Origin: a virus | Virus record (IMG/VR): IMGVR_UViG_3300031417_000382 | Location: 2,150-66,149 of that record | Strand: one strand, 5' to 3' | DNA: 64,000 nt | In this document: positions 1 to 9,470 of the stretch, piece after piece | How the letters are laid out: each line of letters opens with the position of its first letter | Numbering within the stretch: the stretch's first letter is position 1 | Position numbers and translations under genes: made by a program | Notes under the pieces: model-generated | Told to the model about the DNA's origin: nothing | What the model saw: the letters and a program-made list of their open reading frames with translations, nothing else | The model's database searches: none

Positions 1-1
1 G

Positions 2-1222
2 GCTTGCCCTCTTGGCGAAGCTGTTCACGGAGAGTTCGAAGATCCTAGAGAAGCCCAGGTTTTTGCTGAGCGAATTACTGCTGAAGCAGCCGGAGGTGTT
101 TTCAGCGCTGTAGCTACTCCAGCAGCTGTACCTGATCTTGCACATCTCGATCCGTTCTTGGCACAGGTGGCTCGTGAAGGTGCTGTAAGTGAACAGCTTC
201 GAAACGGTAACTCTATGCTCTCGGTAGATCGAGAATCTCTTATAGAAGAGCTTAAAGCTGTGAAGAACAGCTACGCTCTGGATGAAAGTTATTTAGGGGA
301 CAGTGGAGTTCCGCAACAACTAGGGATTACTGAACCTGAGGCACGGCAAGCCTATATCCGTTCTGTGCGAGCTCAGCATCCTCAGAATCAGGCTCGAGTA
401 GCTATCCTTGAGCGATACGTGAAGAAAACTCCCAATAGAACGCTGCTTAACCTGCTCTCTTACTACAAAGGTGAGTCAGATTATTACATCAGCAATGTCC
501 TATCACCCGAATCAACAGTGGCGCGCATTCCGGTGTTCAGTAGCGAAGCTGTAGCTCGAGACTCAGAAATCATGACGTCGCTAGCAGGTAAAGATCCGTT
601 CAAGGCGAAAGAGTTTGGCGCTCGAGCCCTTAACAGTCTTAAAAAGCTCTGCGCAGACTCCGGGCTTGAACTTGAAGACGCCGTAGCAATCAGCGCTGGT
701 CCGACTCATGAGCAGAAAGCTCAAGAGTTCGCTGAAGAAAATGGATTAGAACTCAAAGACTCAACAGAACTACTGTTTCATGGCACGAATAAAGCTAACG
801 TGCTCCGTTTGGTTAAGTACGGATTCGAGCAGGAAGCCGGCATGCTGAAAAGTGGTGCTGCTGCCGGTAAAGCTTTCTACTTCTCTCACGATCCGGCAGT
901 CTCAGGAGAGTTTGGACGCGATTCAAGCGTCGGTAAGGAAGAAAACGTCAGCTATATGATACTCTGCAAGGTTGTCACCGGAGGTGCGGAGCATACTCAG
1001 GCTAAAGACTTCAAAACAAGCGGAGATGGAGAAATCCGAGTAGGAAGCCTTCCCAAGACTCTTGGCCGCGGCAAGAACGGCGAGAAAAACGTCTCCCGCC
1101 GAATCACTATTCATGGTCCGTGGGAAGAGGGAAACTACGACGAGGTGACTGTCCAGGATGCTCGACAGATAGTACCGGTAGGCATCCTAAAAGTGCGTGG
1201 GAAAACTCGCCGAGCGATTTAA
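2..1222 (+). CDS. PARP-like (H-Y-E) ADP-ribosyltransferase domain protein, 5' end outside window
   Basis: Frame is open from position 2 (ACPLGEAVHGEF...); C-terminal LLFHGT ... KAFYFS ... MILCKVVTG ... YDEVTV...QIVP matches the PARP catalytic fold with H, Y and E. Confidence 0.7.
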   Translation, partial: ACPLGEAVHGEFEDPREAQVFAERITAEAAGGVFSAVATPAAVPDLAHLDPFLAQVAREGAVSEQLRNGNSMLSVDRESLIEELKAVKNSYALDESYLGDSGVPQQLGITEPEARQAYIRSVRAQHPQNQARVAILERYVKKTPNRTLLNLLSYYKGESDYYISNVLSPESTVARIPVFSSEAVARDSEIMTSLAGKDPFKAKEFGARALNSLKKLCADSGLELEDAVAISAGPTHEQKAQEFAEENGLELKDSTELLFHGTNKANVLRLVKYGFEQEAGMLKSGAAAGKAFYFSHDPAVSGEFGRDSSVGKEENVSYMILCKVVTGGAEHTQAKDFKTSGDGEIRVGSLPKTLGRGKNGEKNVSRRITIHGPWEEGNYDEVTVQDARQIVPVGILKVRGKTRRAI

Positions 1223-1346
1223 GCTCATTCTATGACAGTGTTGTGGATCCTGAGCAGTGAGGTGCTCTCAGCAAAAAGAGCTCCGATTAGGTATCGCTTG
1301 AGTCACGAACTCGGGAGCGGCACTACCTAGAACCGACTTCGGCTAG

Positions 1347-1967
1347 CTAGCTATGACGATACCCGGTAAACTCTTCAAGCTCTAGACGCCGAAGCGAATG
1401 CTGGACATACCCGCGCCACGACACATCGTGCGGGACCCCGAAGAACGCCCGTACTTGTAGTTGCTTTAAGCGGTCCCAAACCGGATCTTTCCAATAAGGA
1501 TTACTAAGCTCGCCACGAGTGAGCATTTCAGCCTCGAAAGCTGGATAATCATCCACTAGATAGATCGTCTGCATACCGCTACTGATGAGCCGAGTCGGTG
1601 CCGACATACTTCCGAGCCCGAGCCTAAGAAAGTCTCTAGCTCGTACGTCTAGATTCTCATCGAGGAGCGGAGCACCGGCGAGCTCCACAACGTCTTCAGG
1701 CTCCTGCTTAGCCTGATAGAGCATCTCGGCGCCTGGTAGCTCTCCGGAAAAGAAGCTCCACGCCTTGACTTTAGCTCCGTGAGCGACAAGGTGCTGAGAG
1801 AAGTTACGCAAGTTCGTCGCTATAAGCTTTCGAGAGCCGAAAACGAAGCCGCTCACCGTGTGTCGACGATTGATGAGCTGGCCATACTGAGTATATTCCT
1901 GGCGAGGAGTAGCGCTGACCCCGTGATCGACGTATGCAGAACCAGCTTTACCAAGCTTTTTCTCCAT
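1347..1967 (-). CDS. Paralog 1 of six-member family (degenerate FtsK-like ATPase fold)
   Basis: KVKAWSFFSGELPGAEM, IYLVDDY, FTGY motifs shared with 5 neighbours; RBS GGGGAGG upstream. Confidence 0.75.
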   Translation of the reverse strand: MEKKLGKAGSAYVDHGVSATPRQEYTQYGQLINRRHTVSGFVFGSRKLIATNLRNFSQHLVAHGAKVKAWSFFSGELPGAEMLYQAKQEPEDVVELAGAPLLDENLDVRARDFLRLGLGSMSAPTRLISSGMQTIYLVDDYPAFEAEMLTRGELSNPYWKDPVWDRLKQLQVRAFFGVPHDVSWRGYVQHSLRRLELEEFTGYRHS

Positions 1968-2034
1968 CAGTCTACCTCCCCGGCACCGCGCTCTTGGATA
2001 TTTATGTGTGCGATGGTGTCACACAGAGGTTAGC

Positions 2035-2244
2035 TTACTTAGCAGCCAGCTTTGGCGGGTTCGGAGTTGGTACTCCAGAGATCACGCTATAAGCGTAAGC
2101 AGCTGCGATCAAAGCCTCATTTGCATCACGGTACATCCGATTGCTGTTCTCACGCATAGCCTGGAGCATGAGCAGCTTTGTCTCTGCTATCTCTTTCTCA
2201 AGCTTTTGTGCGTGGTCGCCGGAGAGATTGATGTGGTCGGTCAT
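2035..2244 (-). CDS. Small hypothetical protein (69 aa, helical)
   Basis: ORF with AAAGGGG RBS-like sequence before ATG, co-oriented with neighbours. Confidence 0.55.
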   Translation of the reverse strand: MTDHINLSGDHAQKLEKEIAETKLLMLQAMRENSNRMYRDANEALIAAAYAYSVISGVPTPNPPKLAAK

Positions 2245-2262
2245 GGAAAGCCCCTTTGAAGT

Positions 2263-2346
2263 TTAACCTTGGTCAGCGATAGCGAAGACGAGCCCGATAA
2301 AACCGAGCACTACAACACCTGAGACGATTCCTACCAGGATGAACAC
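2263..2346 (-). CDS. 27-aa single-pass membrane peptide (not in ORF track)
   Basis: GTG TTC ATC CTG ... GGT TAA = MFILVGIVSGVVVLGFIGLVFAIADQG; fills the gap between 2350 and 2244 ORFs. Confidence 0.5.
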   Translation of the reverse strand: MFILVGIVSGVVVLGFIGLVFAIADQG

Positions 2347-2349
2347 AGT

Positions 2350-2697
2350 TCAGCTCTCTTCAGCTGTAGGTAGCTTAACGGCGACCTGCTTGCTCTTGAG
2401 CTCCTGACGACGAGCAACGATCGCAAAGCCACCGGCTAACACAAAGAAGCTAAAGGCGCCGATGAGAGGTAACTGAGTATCTCTCTTATACTGCTCACCT
2501 TTGAGCGAGTTCTTAGCCGCTAAAGATTCGGGAGATGTGCAGTCTGAAGAGCTCTCGATACACGCTTCGATTGCGTCACTTTTAGCATGAAGCGATTGCG
2601 TTGCCATAAAAGCTCCGATGCCGCCACATAGGATACCCAAACCTGCACATACAACGGCAACGGTGTACAGGATAGAAGCCTTCTTAGCTGCTAACAT
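2350..2697 (-). CDS. Two-TM membrane protein
   Basis: Two hydrophobic segments flanking a Cys-pair loop; RBS GAGGAAAG and TTGGTAGCAT promoter upstream. Confidence 0.65.
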   Translation of the reverse strand: MLAAKKASILYTVAVVCAGLGILCGGIGAFMATQSLHAKSDAIEACIESSSDCTSPESLAAKNSLKGEQYKRDTQLPLIGAFSFFVLAGGFAIVARRQELKSKQVAVKLPTAEES

Positions 2698-2726
2698 TTA
2701 ATCGTCTTTCCTCTTATAGAATAGGT

Positions 2727-2736
2727 ATGCTACCAA
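2727..2736 (-). promoter_or_regulatory. SigA-type extended -10 (TTGGTAGCAT)
   Basis: Matches TYGG-TAnnAT seen before many genes in window. Confidence 0.5.
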
Positions 2737-2969
2737 GCTCGTCCTAGGACTTGGGTGTTCAATTTGAGCATCTTAAGCAGTTAGCTTAAGAGTGTTATGT
2801 CCTACTAAGCTTGCTTAGCTGAAGATGATTCAATCTAACAAGCTAGAATGAAGGTTAGAAGTGGGCGATACTTGTAGTTGTGCTTTGTCCTCGTGTATGA
2901 GGACAAGTTGAGTCGTACCGATTTGTGCATCTCAAGTAGCTACGGCGTGTCGCTGCCAAACTTGCTAGC

Positions 2970-3719
2970 TCATACGGTCGTGATCGGAGCGAAGGATGGC
3001 TCAACTTGCGGTCGAAGACTCGTCTCGTAGCCTTCAAAGCGGAGGAGGCCCATGTTTCGATGAGTGGCCATAGGGAAGGAGTAATCGGTCATCGGCAACG
3101 GAGTGTCCTCCGAGACGCAGGCGAAAAGCTGAGTTCGCTCTGTAAAAAGCATAGCACCAAGAGCGGTGTGCCCCCAAGTAGTAATCGACTTTCTACTCTC
3201 GAGCTCATCGCGAAGCGCAAGCCAGTCGTCCACTAGATATGCTCGCTTTACCACGGACTTGCTTCGAAGCTGCGTAACCATGTTTTGCCACAGTTCGGCT
3301 GGGTCTAGGTGAAGAGTCTGATCGCTAGCTCGCTCGACGTAAAGCTCTTCAAAGCTTCGAGACCCTGCAAGGTTAAGCACATCCTCAGGCTCTTGCTCCG
3401 CCTGATGGATCATCTCGGCTCCAGGGAGCTCCCCAGAGAAGAAGCTCCAGGCCTTAACCTCCACACCGCTAGCAACCAGGTACTCAGAAAGGTTCCTCAA
3501 GTTTGCGGTGATGAGCTTCTGGGCGCCGTGAACAACACGAGCACCACCGACTCCGAACTCGGCGAGTAACTGAGCTTCTTCAGTGTAAGTATGCTCAGTA
3601 TAGCCTTGGTTCGCACCAGGCTCGCCTACCTGGAATGCAGAACCGGGCTCACCGATCCTCGGACGCAGTACCAGCGGATTAGACAGCGTTAAGCCATCGC
3701 TTGGGATATGACCTGTCAT
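2970..3719 (-). CDS. Paralog 2 of six-member family
   Basis: EVKAWSFFSGELPGAEM, AYLVDDW, FEGY; overlaps paralog 3 by ATGA. Confidence 0.75.
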   Translation of the reverse strand: MTGHIPSDGLTLSNPLVLRPRIGEPGSAFQVGEPGANQGYTEHTYTEEAQLLAEFGVGGARVVHGAQKLITANLRNLSEYLVASGVEVKAWSFFSGELPGAEMIHQAEQEPEDVLNLAGSRSFEELYVERASDQTLHLDPAELWQNMVTQLRSKSVVKRAYLVDDWLALRDELESRKSITTWGHTALGAMLFTERTQLFACVSEDTPLPMTDYSFPMATHRNMGLLRFEGYETSLRPQVEPSFAPITTV

Positions 3720-4576
3720 GCTTCCTCAATCGACTGAGAGCGTACAGTACTGTAAGTTACAAGCTTACCGTTCTTCCTCAGATCTTTGGCCGTCTTCGCC
3801 ATCACACGATTGCGGGCTTTTCGAGCCTCGTGAGCGTTGGCGACTGCGAGCTGCATCTTGTAATCTGAATAGTCGTAGAGTAAACCAACCTCGGTAAGAG
3901 CCGTCCGACGGTAGCCTTCGTAGTGCTCCACCTTAATCTGCTCACCACTCACAAGGCCAAGCCCTGAGTCAGGAGATACGTTAGCCGCGAAAAGGCCAAG
4001 CGTCAGACCAAACGTATCTACAGCTGCAGAATCGGCTTCAGCGTAAGGGACGTTCTGCCGGCCGGCGACGCGCCAGCGAGCATCCATCTCATTCTTGAAA
4101 AGACTCCAGTCGTCAACGATGTACGCCTCTGACAAACCTGCTCGATAGACCTGCTCGCGGTTTGCGGTCCGGCGACCTCGCTCATCTTTGTTAAGTAAGC
4201 CCGCCTCATGAAGCTCGTTGAAGCGCTTCGTAAGCTCACCGGCAAAGCTAGGAGCTTCGGTGATCGTTAGGAGATCGTCGAGCTCACCGCTGCCGACGTA
4301 CATCATCTCAGCATCGGGCAGAACTCCGGAGTGGAAGCTCCAAGCCTTAACACGAACGCCTCTATCTGTGAGAACTTGAGACAGATTACGAAGGTTGTCT
4401 GAAACGAGCTTCATCGGCCCAGAAATGAGCTTCAGGAGAGTGTCGCCGGCGTACGGCACAAGCTGTGCTTTATCCGTAGCCCAAGACTCACGCGAGTAGA
4501 TGTTCAAGATGTTCTCAGACACGACGAAGTCGGAGCCGGGACCAAGCAATCTTGGCGCGTACGGAACAGCTGTCAT
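3716..4576 (-). CDS. Paralog 3 of six-member family
   Basis: PYAPRLLGPGSDFV, RVKAWSFHSGVLPDAEM, AYIVDDW, YEGY. Confidence 0.8.
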   Translation of the reverse strand: MTAVPYAPRLLGPGSDFVVSENILNIYSRESWATDKAQLVPYAGDTLLKLISGPMKLVSDNLRNLSQVLTDRGVRVKAWSFHSGVLPDAEMMYVGSGELDDLLTITEAPSFAGELTKRFNELHEAGLLNKDERGRRTANREQVYRAGLSEAYIVDDWSLFKNEMDARWRVAGRQNVPYAEADSAAVDTFGLTLGLFAANVSPDSGLGLVSGEQIKVEHYEGYRRTALTEVGLLYDYSDYKMQLAVANAHEARKARNRVMAKTAKDLRKNGKLVTYSTVRSQSIEEA

Positions 4577-4602
4577 AGCACCACGATATCACACTGTATC
4601 TT

Positions 4603-4612
4603 TCGGTATGAT
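4603..4612 (+). promoter_or_regulatory. SigA-type extended -10 (TCGGTATGAT)
   Basis: In divergent intergenic region upstream of 4782 ORF. Confidence 0.4.
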
Positions 4613-4781
4613 GTTCACGTTGGGCCGGACAGAGGCCCGTCTCAGAGCAGCGCTCCTACACGGCATCGCTCATCTGAAGAGCAAGGTCCCGCGGATCCTG
4701 TCGAAGCTGTTCCCAACTAGTTCATTCGTAACTTCCACATCAGGGATCAGGTGTAGGCTGAGACCCAGAGAGTAGAAGACA

Positions 4782-5237
4782 ATGACTAAGAACAGTTACT
4801 CTAAGGCCCTTATCCGTGCTCGTATGGATGCAACCGGTGAGCCGTACTCGGTGGCCGCTCGTGCTCTCAAAAAGGAGTTAGAGCTCCTTGATCCGTTCGA
4901 CGGAGCTAAAGCTGACTTCGGTGAGCTTATCCTGTTTACCGAGCGGCTTGCTGTGATTCTCGAGTCCAACTTGACGTTCCTACGGGCAGTCCATATGATT
5001 CGCGCGTACACTGAGGATCCTGTTCTCGCTGAAGGTATTGAGTTTCTCATCGAGAGCTTTGACGATGGTCATGATGTAGTCAAGGCGATGCGTATGAGGC
5101 CTAACGCTTTCCGCGGCATCTTGCCCGAAATCATAGAGAGCGGCGTCGATCTAGTACCCGGTATGCAGTCCCTTGCAAAGCTTTACCGTGTAGAGCTTGA
5201 GATGGAGCAGCGACGATTCGCTCAGAACCCGCTCTGA
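4782..5237 (+). CDS. T2SSF/PilC-like domain protein with N-terminal actinobacterial helical motif
   Basis: N-term KALIRARMDATGEPYSVAARAL; then LILFTERLAVILESNLTFLRAV...LIESFDDGHDVVKAM...ESG..L resembling the GspF/PilC repeat. Confidence 0.5.
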   Translation: MTKNSYSKALIRARMDATGEPYSVAARALKKELELLDPFDGAKADFGELILFTERLAVILESNLTFLRAVHMIRAYTEDPVLAEGIEFLIESFDDGHDVVKAMRMRPNAFRGILPEIIESGVDLVPGMQSLAKLYRVELEMEQRRFAQNPL

Positions 5238-5245
5238 TTCAGAAA

Positions 5246-5287
5246 CTTACAGCCCCGCCGGCTCTACCACACCGGCGGGGCTGTAAG
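5246..5287. terminator. Bidirectional terminator hairpin
   Basis: Perfect 16-bp inverted repeat CTTACAGCCCCGCCGG / CCGGCGGGGCTGTAAG between convergent genes. Confidence 0.8.
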
Positions 5288-5301
5288 CCTGAGCTTTTAC
5301 T

Positions 5302-6138
5302 TTAGCTTCCCGCAGCTATACGAGCTTTCATGTTCTGGCGTGCTTTAATACGACTACGCCCAATAGCCCCAGACTCGCGCGGCTGATCGTAGTAAAGTGC
5401 ACGGTCCACAAATCGGGTCTCTTGATAGCCGTCGAAGTCCTGAAGAACTACGCTGCTGTTGAAAAAGCCCCAGATATAGCTGTTACTCGGAAGATTAGCC
5501 ACGATCATGTTGAGGCCTACGCCGTGGCTTTCGAAGAGACAGTCGTCGGGACGGCGTAGTGCGCCAGGATTACCTCCGTCACCGGTGGCTTCGTAGTCAT
5601 CACGCCTCTTCAACTCCTCGGAGAGCAAGTCCCAGTCGTCCACAAGGTAGACCTCGTCAAGGCCGGCCGCATGAACCTTCTCAAAGTCACTCCAGCCGTT
5701 GTTAATACCACCTTCAGCGGATCGCCAAAGGCCCTCGGACTTGAGCATCTCTATGCGCTCGAGAAAAATCTCTCGAAGCGAAGGAGTGAGAGCAAGCTCG
5801 AACGCATCGTCCGGTTCTTGACGAGCCTGGTAGACCATCTCCGCGCCGGGCAGCTCTCCTGAGAAGAAGCTCCAAGCCTTGACCTTTACGCCGGCTTCGG
5901 CGAACGCTTTAGACAAATTGCGAAAATTAGAGGTGACCAGCTTGCGTGCTCCGGTGACCACAAGTCGATTCTCCGAGGTCATACGGTGAAAAAGCTGAGT
6001 GTGCTTGGTCACGTATGCGAGTCGAGTATCATCGGCTATAAGCATCGGAGTCAGGACGAACTCAGATCCCGGTTCAAACAACTGAGGAGCGTACGGTGGG
6101 GCACCCGTCGGAGTTCTTACGACTTCGTTCTTGTTCAC
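5302..6138 (-). CDS. Paralog 4 of six-member family
   Basis: PYAPQLFEPGSEFVL, KVKAWSFFSGELPGAEM, VYLVDDW, GLNMIV, FDGY. Confidence 0.8.
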   Translation of the reverse strand: MNKNEVVRTPTGAPPYAPQLFEPGSEFVLTPMLIADDTRLAYVTKHTQLFHRMTSENRLVVTGARKLVTSNFRNLSKAFAEAGVKVKAWSFFSGELPGAEMVYQARQEPDDAFELALTPSLREIFLERIEMLKSEGLWRSAEGGINNGWSDFEKVHAAGLDEVYLVDDWDLLSEELKRRDDYEATGDGGNPGALRRPDDCLFESHGVGLNMIVANLPSNSYIWGFFNSSVVLQDFDGYQETRFVDRALYYDQPRESGAIGRSRIKARQNMKARIAAGS

Positions 6139-6872
6139 GAGCCGCCGGCTAACTGAGAGTAATAGAGGTCACGATCCACAAGCTGAGTCCGACGATAGCC
6201 GTCAAACTCACTAAGAACTTTGTTCCTAGGGGTAACAGCCCAGACACCGCTGTCGTGCGCAGGATTACCTAAGACGAGGTTGATGCCGAGGCCGGAGCAA
6301 AGGAACGGATAATCGCCTGGGCGAGATAGCTCAAGAACCTGGTTCGTCAGCGTACCTCTTTTGTAGCGCTTCCGAAGCTCCTTATCGAGCGAGTCCCAAT
6401 CGTCCACAAGCCAGACTTCGTGGAAACCGGCTCTCACAACGGCTTCGAACTCGGTACGCTCGCCGTTGAACTTGATCTCTGATGACCTCATGAGCCCGTG
6501 TTCAGCAAGCTTCTGCTGACGAGTCTCAAGTAGCTCGAGAAAGCTCGGCATGAACTCAAGTTCGAAGACATCCTCTGGGCCAAGTTCGCCTTGGAAGATC
6601 ATCTCAGCACCGGGAAGCTTGCCAGAATAGAATGACCAGGCCTTCACCGTGATTCCAGAGTCGGTTAAGGCTTTCGAGAGTGTTCGAAGATTAGAGGTTA
6701 CGAGCCGCCTTGGCCCGGTAACCAACAGCTCTCGAGTTGTGCCCATCCGTGAAACAAGCTGCCCGTTCTCCGTAGTAAGCGCACTTCGAGTTTTGCCGTC
6801 CACATAGGTGGGCGTCAGGACAAAATCAGACCCAGGCTCGAAGAGTCGAGGCGCGTACGGAACAGAGGTCAT
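6135..6872 (-). CDS. Paralog 5 of six-member family
   Basis: PYAPRLFEPGSDFVL, TVKAWSFYSGKLPGAEM, VWLVDDW, GLGINLVL, FDGY. Confidence 0.8.
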   Translation of the reverse strand: MTSVPYAPRLFEPGSDFVLTPTYVDGKTRSALTTENGQLVSRMGTTRELLVTGPRRLVTSNLRTLSKALTDSGITVKAWSFYSGKLPGAEMIFQGELGPEDVFELEFMPSFLELLETRQQKLAEHGLMRSSEIKFNGERTEFEAVVRAGFHEVWLVDDWDSLDKELRKRYKRGTLTNQVLELSRPGDYPFLCSGLGINLVLGNPAHDSGVWAVTPRNKVLSEFDGYRRTQLVDRDLYYSQLAGGS

Positions 6873-6913
6873 TGCTCCATAGTATCACATAACAAGCTAG
6901 CTTAGTTTCTCAC

Positions 6914-7690
6914 TCATCGTCTAAACTCAGGATGCAAGGCGCCAGCAACGTTTCGGCGTCCGATAATACCGCTAGCGGTTCTTGGTTGAGCGTAGAAGAG
7001 ATCTCTATCGTAGATGCTATAGGCTCGGTACCCCGAGAAAGCTTCGAGCTTAAAATCGCTTATGAGCGTAAACGGAGACGCGTTTCCGGAGATGAAGAAG
7101 AGTGTACCTAGCAATCCAGCTCGAAGAGGATAAAGACCAGGCTCCGTGAAAGGGTTGTCGGATACTTGGATTTCAGGTACTCTACTGTTCAGCTCTTTTA
7201 GGAGCGCTGGCCAATCATCGACCATACAGATGTCTAGTAGACCGGCCTCCAATACAGCTTCAAGATCAGCGTAGCTATCATCAATACCGTTTGATTCACT
7301 TGTAATGCCAAGTGATCGCAATTTAATTCGCTTGGCCTCAAGTACTTCTGCAACGCCGCGCGCTTCTGTTACAGTGAGGATATCCTCGAGCCCATCTTCT
7401 CCGACATACATCATCTCAGCGCCGGGGAGTATCCCCGAAAAGAAGCTCCAAGCTTTTACCGGAATGCCCGCCTCGGAAAAAGCTCGCGAAAGGCTTTTGA
7501 AGTTAGTCTTCACAAGCTCCCTAGAGCCTCTAACTATCATGCCTTTCGGAGAACCCATAGCTGAAACGAGCTGTGTGTTCTCAGTGGCCATCGCAAGGCG
7601 ACTGTCGTCATCAGTTAACGTCGGAGTCAAGATGAACTCTGAACCAGGCTCAAAGAACTTAGGCGAGTACGGAGGCAATGCTAGATTCAC
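6914..7690 (-). CDS. Paralog 6 of six-member family
   Basis: PYSPKFFEPGSEFIL, PVKAWSFFSGILPGAEM, ICMVDDW, FSGY. Confidence 0.8.
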   Translation of the reverse strand: MNLALPPYSPKFFEPGSEFILTPTLTDDDSRLAMATENTQLVSAMGSPKGMIVRGSRELVKTNFKSLSRAFSEAGIPVKAWSFFSGILPGAEMMYVGEDGLEDILTVTEARGVAEVLEAKRIKLRSLGITSESNGIDDSYADLEAVLEAGLLDICMVDDWPALLKELNSRVPEIQVSDNPFTEPGLYPLRAGLLGTLFFISGNASPFTLISDFKLEAFSGYRAYSIYDRDLFYAQPRTASGIIGRRNVAGALHPEFRR

Positions 7691-7707
7691 CTGTAACTAT
7701 ACCCAGT

Positions 7708-8442
7708 CTACAGGCTAGTCTTGTTCAGCTGGACTGCCATTACGGCCTGCTCAGCGGTGCGTACAGAGCACGCAAACCACTCGCCCTCGGGATTCGGCAC
7801 GCCGGCGTTCTTAAGCACACGATGAACCGGGTGGTCCATGAACGGCTTCCCACTCACCGTCACCGCCGGCATGATGAAGTGGATCTTATACGGGATCTTC
7901 AGGCGTGCGGCCGTCTTAAACTGATCCTCGATTCGCTTATGAGCGTTGTTTTTCGCGTAGCCAACCTTGACGATCCCGCGATGAGTCTCACTTGGGATGC
8001 TGTAGCAGTAGATCTTCGGGTTACCATCATTGAGCTCACGCCCAAGCTTTAGCTGCTCTTCGTAGAGCTCGTTCAAGCCGAGGATACGCTCCTTGCCGGC
8101 GCCGTAGATTAGCCGAAGCTTCTTCACGAAATCTTCCACCTCGGGGAGTGAGTACTTCTTCGAGTTGCCGTAGGTGGTCTTGCCGGACGGCGTGGTGTAG
8201 CTCCAAGCTAAGCGCAATGACTTCTTCTTTGCGTTCGGCTCTAGCATAAGCGCTAGCTGTTTGAAGTCTTCCTCTGGCAGTGAGAGCATGTAGAGATCCG
8301 GCTCGAAAGCGTCAACGAGCTTGCGCGACTTGAGCTTGACTTGGAACTTAAGTACACGGCGCTCTACAAGGACGTAGATCGTAGCACCAAAGATAAAGAC
8401 CGCGGCGGTGCCGAGGATCATAAGAACTGAAGCTTCCGACAT
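7708..8442 (-). CDS. Membrane-anchored GIY-YIG (T5orf172-like) nuclease
   Basis: N-terminal TM helix; C-terminal IYCY...IVKVGYA...KRI..Q...DHPVHRVL...GEWF. Confidence 0.7.
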   Translation of the reverse strand: MSEASVLMILGTAAVFIFGATIYVLVERRVLKFQVKLKSRKLVDAFEPDLYMLSLPEEDFKQLALMLEPNAKKKSLRLAWSYTTPSGKTTYGNSKKYSLPEVEDFVKKLRLIYGAGKERILGLNELYEEQLKLGRELNDGNPKIYCYSIPSETHRGIVKVGYAKNNAHKRIEDQFKTAARLKIPYKIHFIMPAVTVSGKPFMDHPVHRVLKNAGVPNPEGEWFACSVRTAEQAVMAVQLNKTSL

Positions 8443-8615
8443 GGGCTAAACCTAACGCTAAGAGTGGATGGAGAGGATATCAGATGTTGTCATTTCTTGC
8501 TCTGGCAAACAGCTATTACAATGCCAACGAAGCCTAAGAGCCCCTGATTTGCCTCTAGAAAGGGTACTAGTATAACACTAGTAGTGTGTAAGCTTATTAA
8601 ACTTAATAGCATTGT

Positions 8616-9314
8616 TCAGTCCTCAAACAGCTTACCAGTGTAGTTCCACTGATTGGGCTCATACTTTGGATTCCGATAAGTCATGGGATTTCGCTGATAC
8701 TCGTCTTCGAGAGTCCTTTTAAAGTGTATCTTCCGATCTGGCCCTAGAAATCCAAAGACTGAAAGATAAAGCTCTAATGAATCAGAATCTAATGTCCTAA
8801 TCTCCTCTAAAGTAAGTATCCCATAAGCTTCTCTTTGATCGAAGGTTAAATAAAGTAAAGAGCCACGTGCAAGACCCTTATAGTCGCCAGAAGCTTCCTC
8901 AAATCGATCTAGCCATATTTCTTGTAGCTCTAAACGCTGCTCAAGTGTCCAGTATCGCAAATCAACAGGTAGAGGCATGTCTATCCAGAGTATCCAATTT
9001 TTAGCATCAGGTGTTGCCCAGCGACCATCGCTGAGAAAGCAGCTCATATTCTCTCGGAATGACTGAAGCTGACTAAAAGTTTGAAATCGTGGAGGTGTCG
9101 GCGCTCTTCTTCTACTCTGACGATAAAGAGCTTCGGCAGGATAGGCGTCTTCCTTTTTAAGGCCTAGACCTTCGACGTATTCTTCCCAGATTGTAAGATT
9201 CTTATACTTATTTATAGCGTTTTTGGTACTTGGATCAAAGCATTTCCAGTTATGACCTAGAGCTATCTGTAGCATATGTTCTAGCTCGACGGATAGCTGA
9301 GGATAAGAAACCAT
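8616..9314 (-). CDS. Hypothetical protein, AT-rich gene
   Basis: ORF track 8616..9347; ATG at 9314 preferred (RBS AGAAGGA, CGATATT motif upstream). Confidence 0.6.
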   Translation of the reverse strand: MVSYPQLSVELEHMLQIALGHNWKCFDPSTKNAINKYKNLTIWEEYVEGLGLKKEDAYPAEALYRQSRRRAPTPPRFQTFSQLQSFRENMSCFLSDGRWATPDAKNWILWIDMPLPVDLRYWTLEQRLELQEIWLDRFEEASGDYKGLARGSLLYLTFDQREAYGILTLEEIRTLDSDSLELYLSVFGFLGPDRKIHFKRTLEDEYQRNPMTYRNPKYEPNQWNYTGKLFED

Positions 9315-9345
9315 TATTACATCCTTCTGGTTAAATCTTGCAACC

Positions 9346-9352
9346 AATATCG
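9346..9352 (-). promoter_or_regulatory. CGATATT motif (candidate alternative -10)
   Basis: 32 nt upstream of ATG 9314. Confidence 0.5.
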
Positions 9353-9420
9353 AGCTCAGTGACCAAAAAACTTGCTAAGGGTTCTTGGACTGATGCCACT
9401 TATTCATGATGGTTCAACAC

Positions 9421-9461
9421 ACTTCTGGGGTGTTGCCTAAGTTAAGCAACACCCCAGAAGT
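9421..9461. terminator. Terminator hairpin with ACTTCT/AGAAGT base
   Basis: 16-bp perfect inverted repeat ACTTCTGGGGTGTTGC / GCAACACCCCAGAAGT just after 9471 stop. Confidence 0.75.
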
Positions 9462-9470
9462 TCTTATAGA

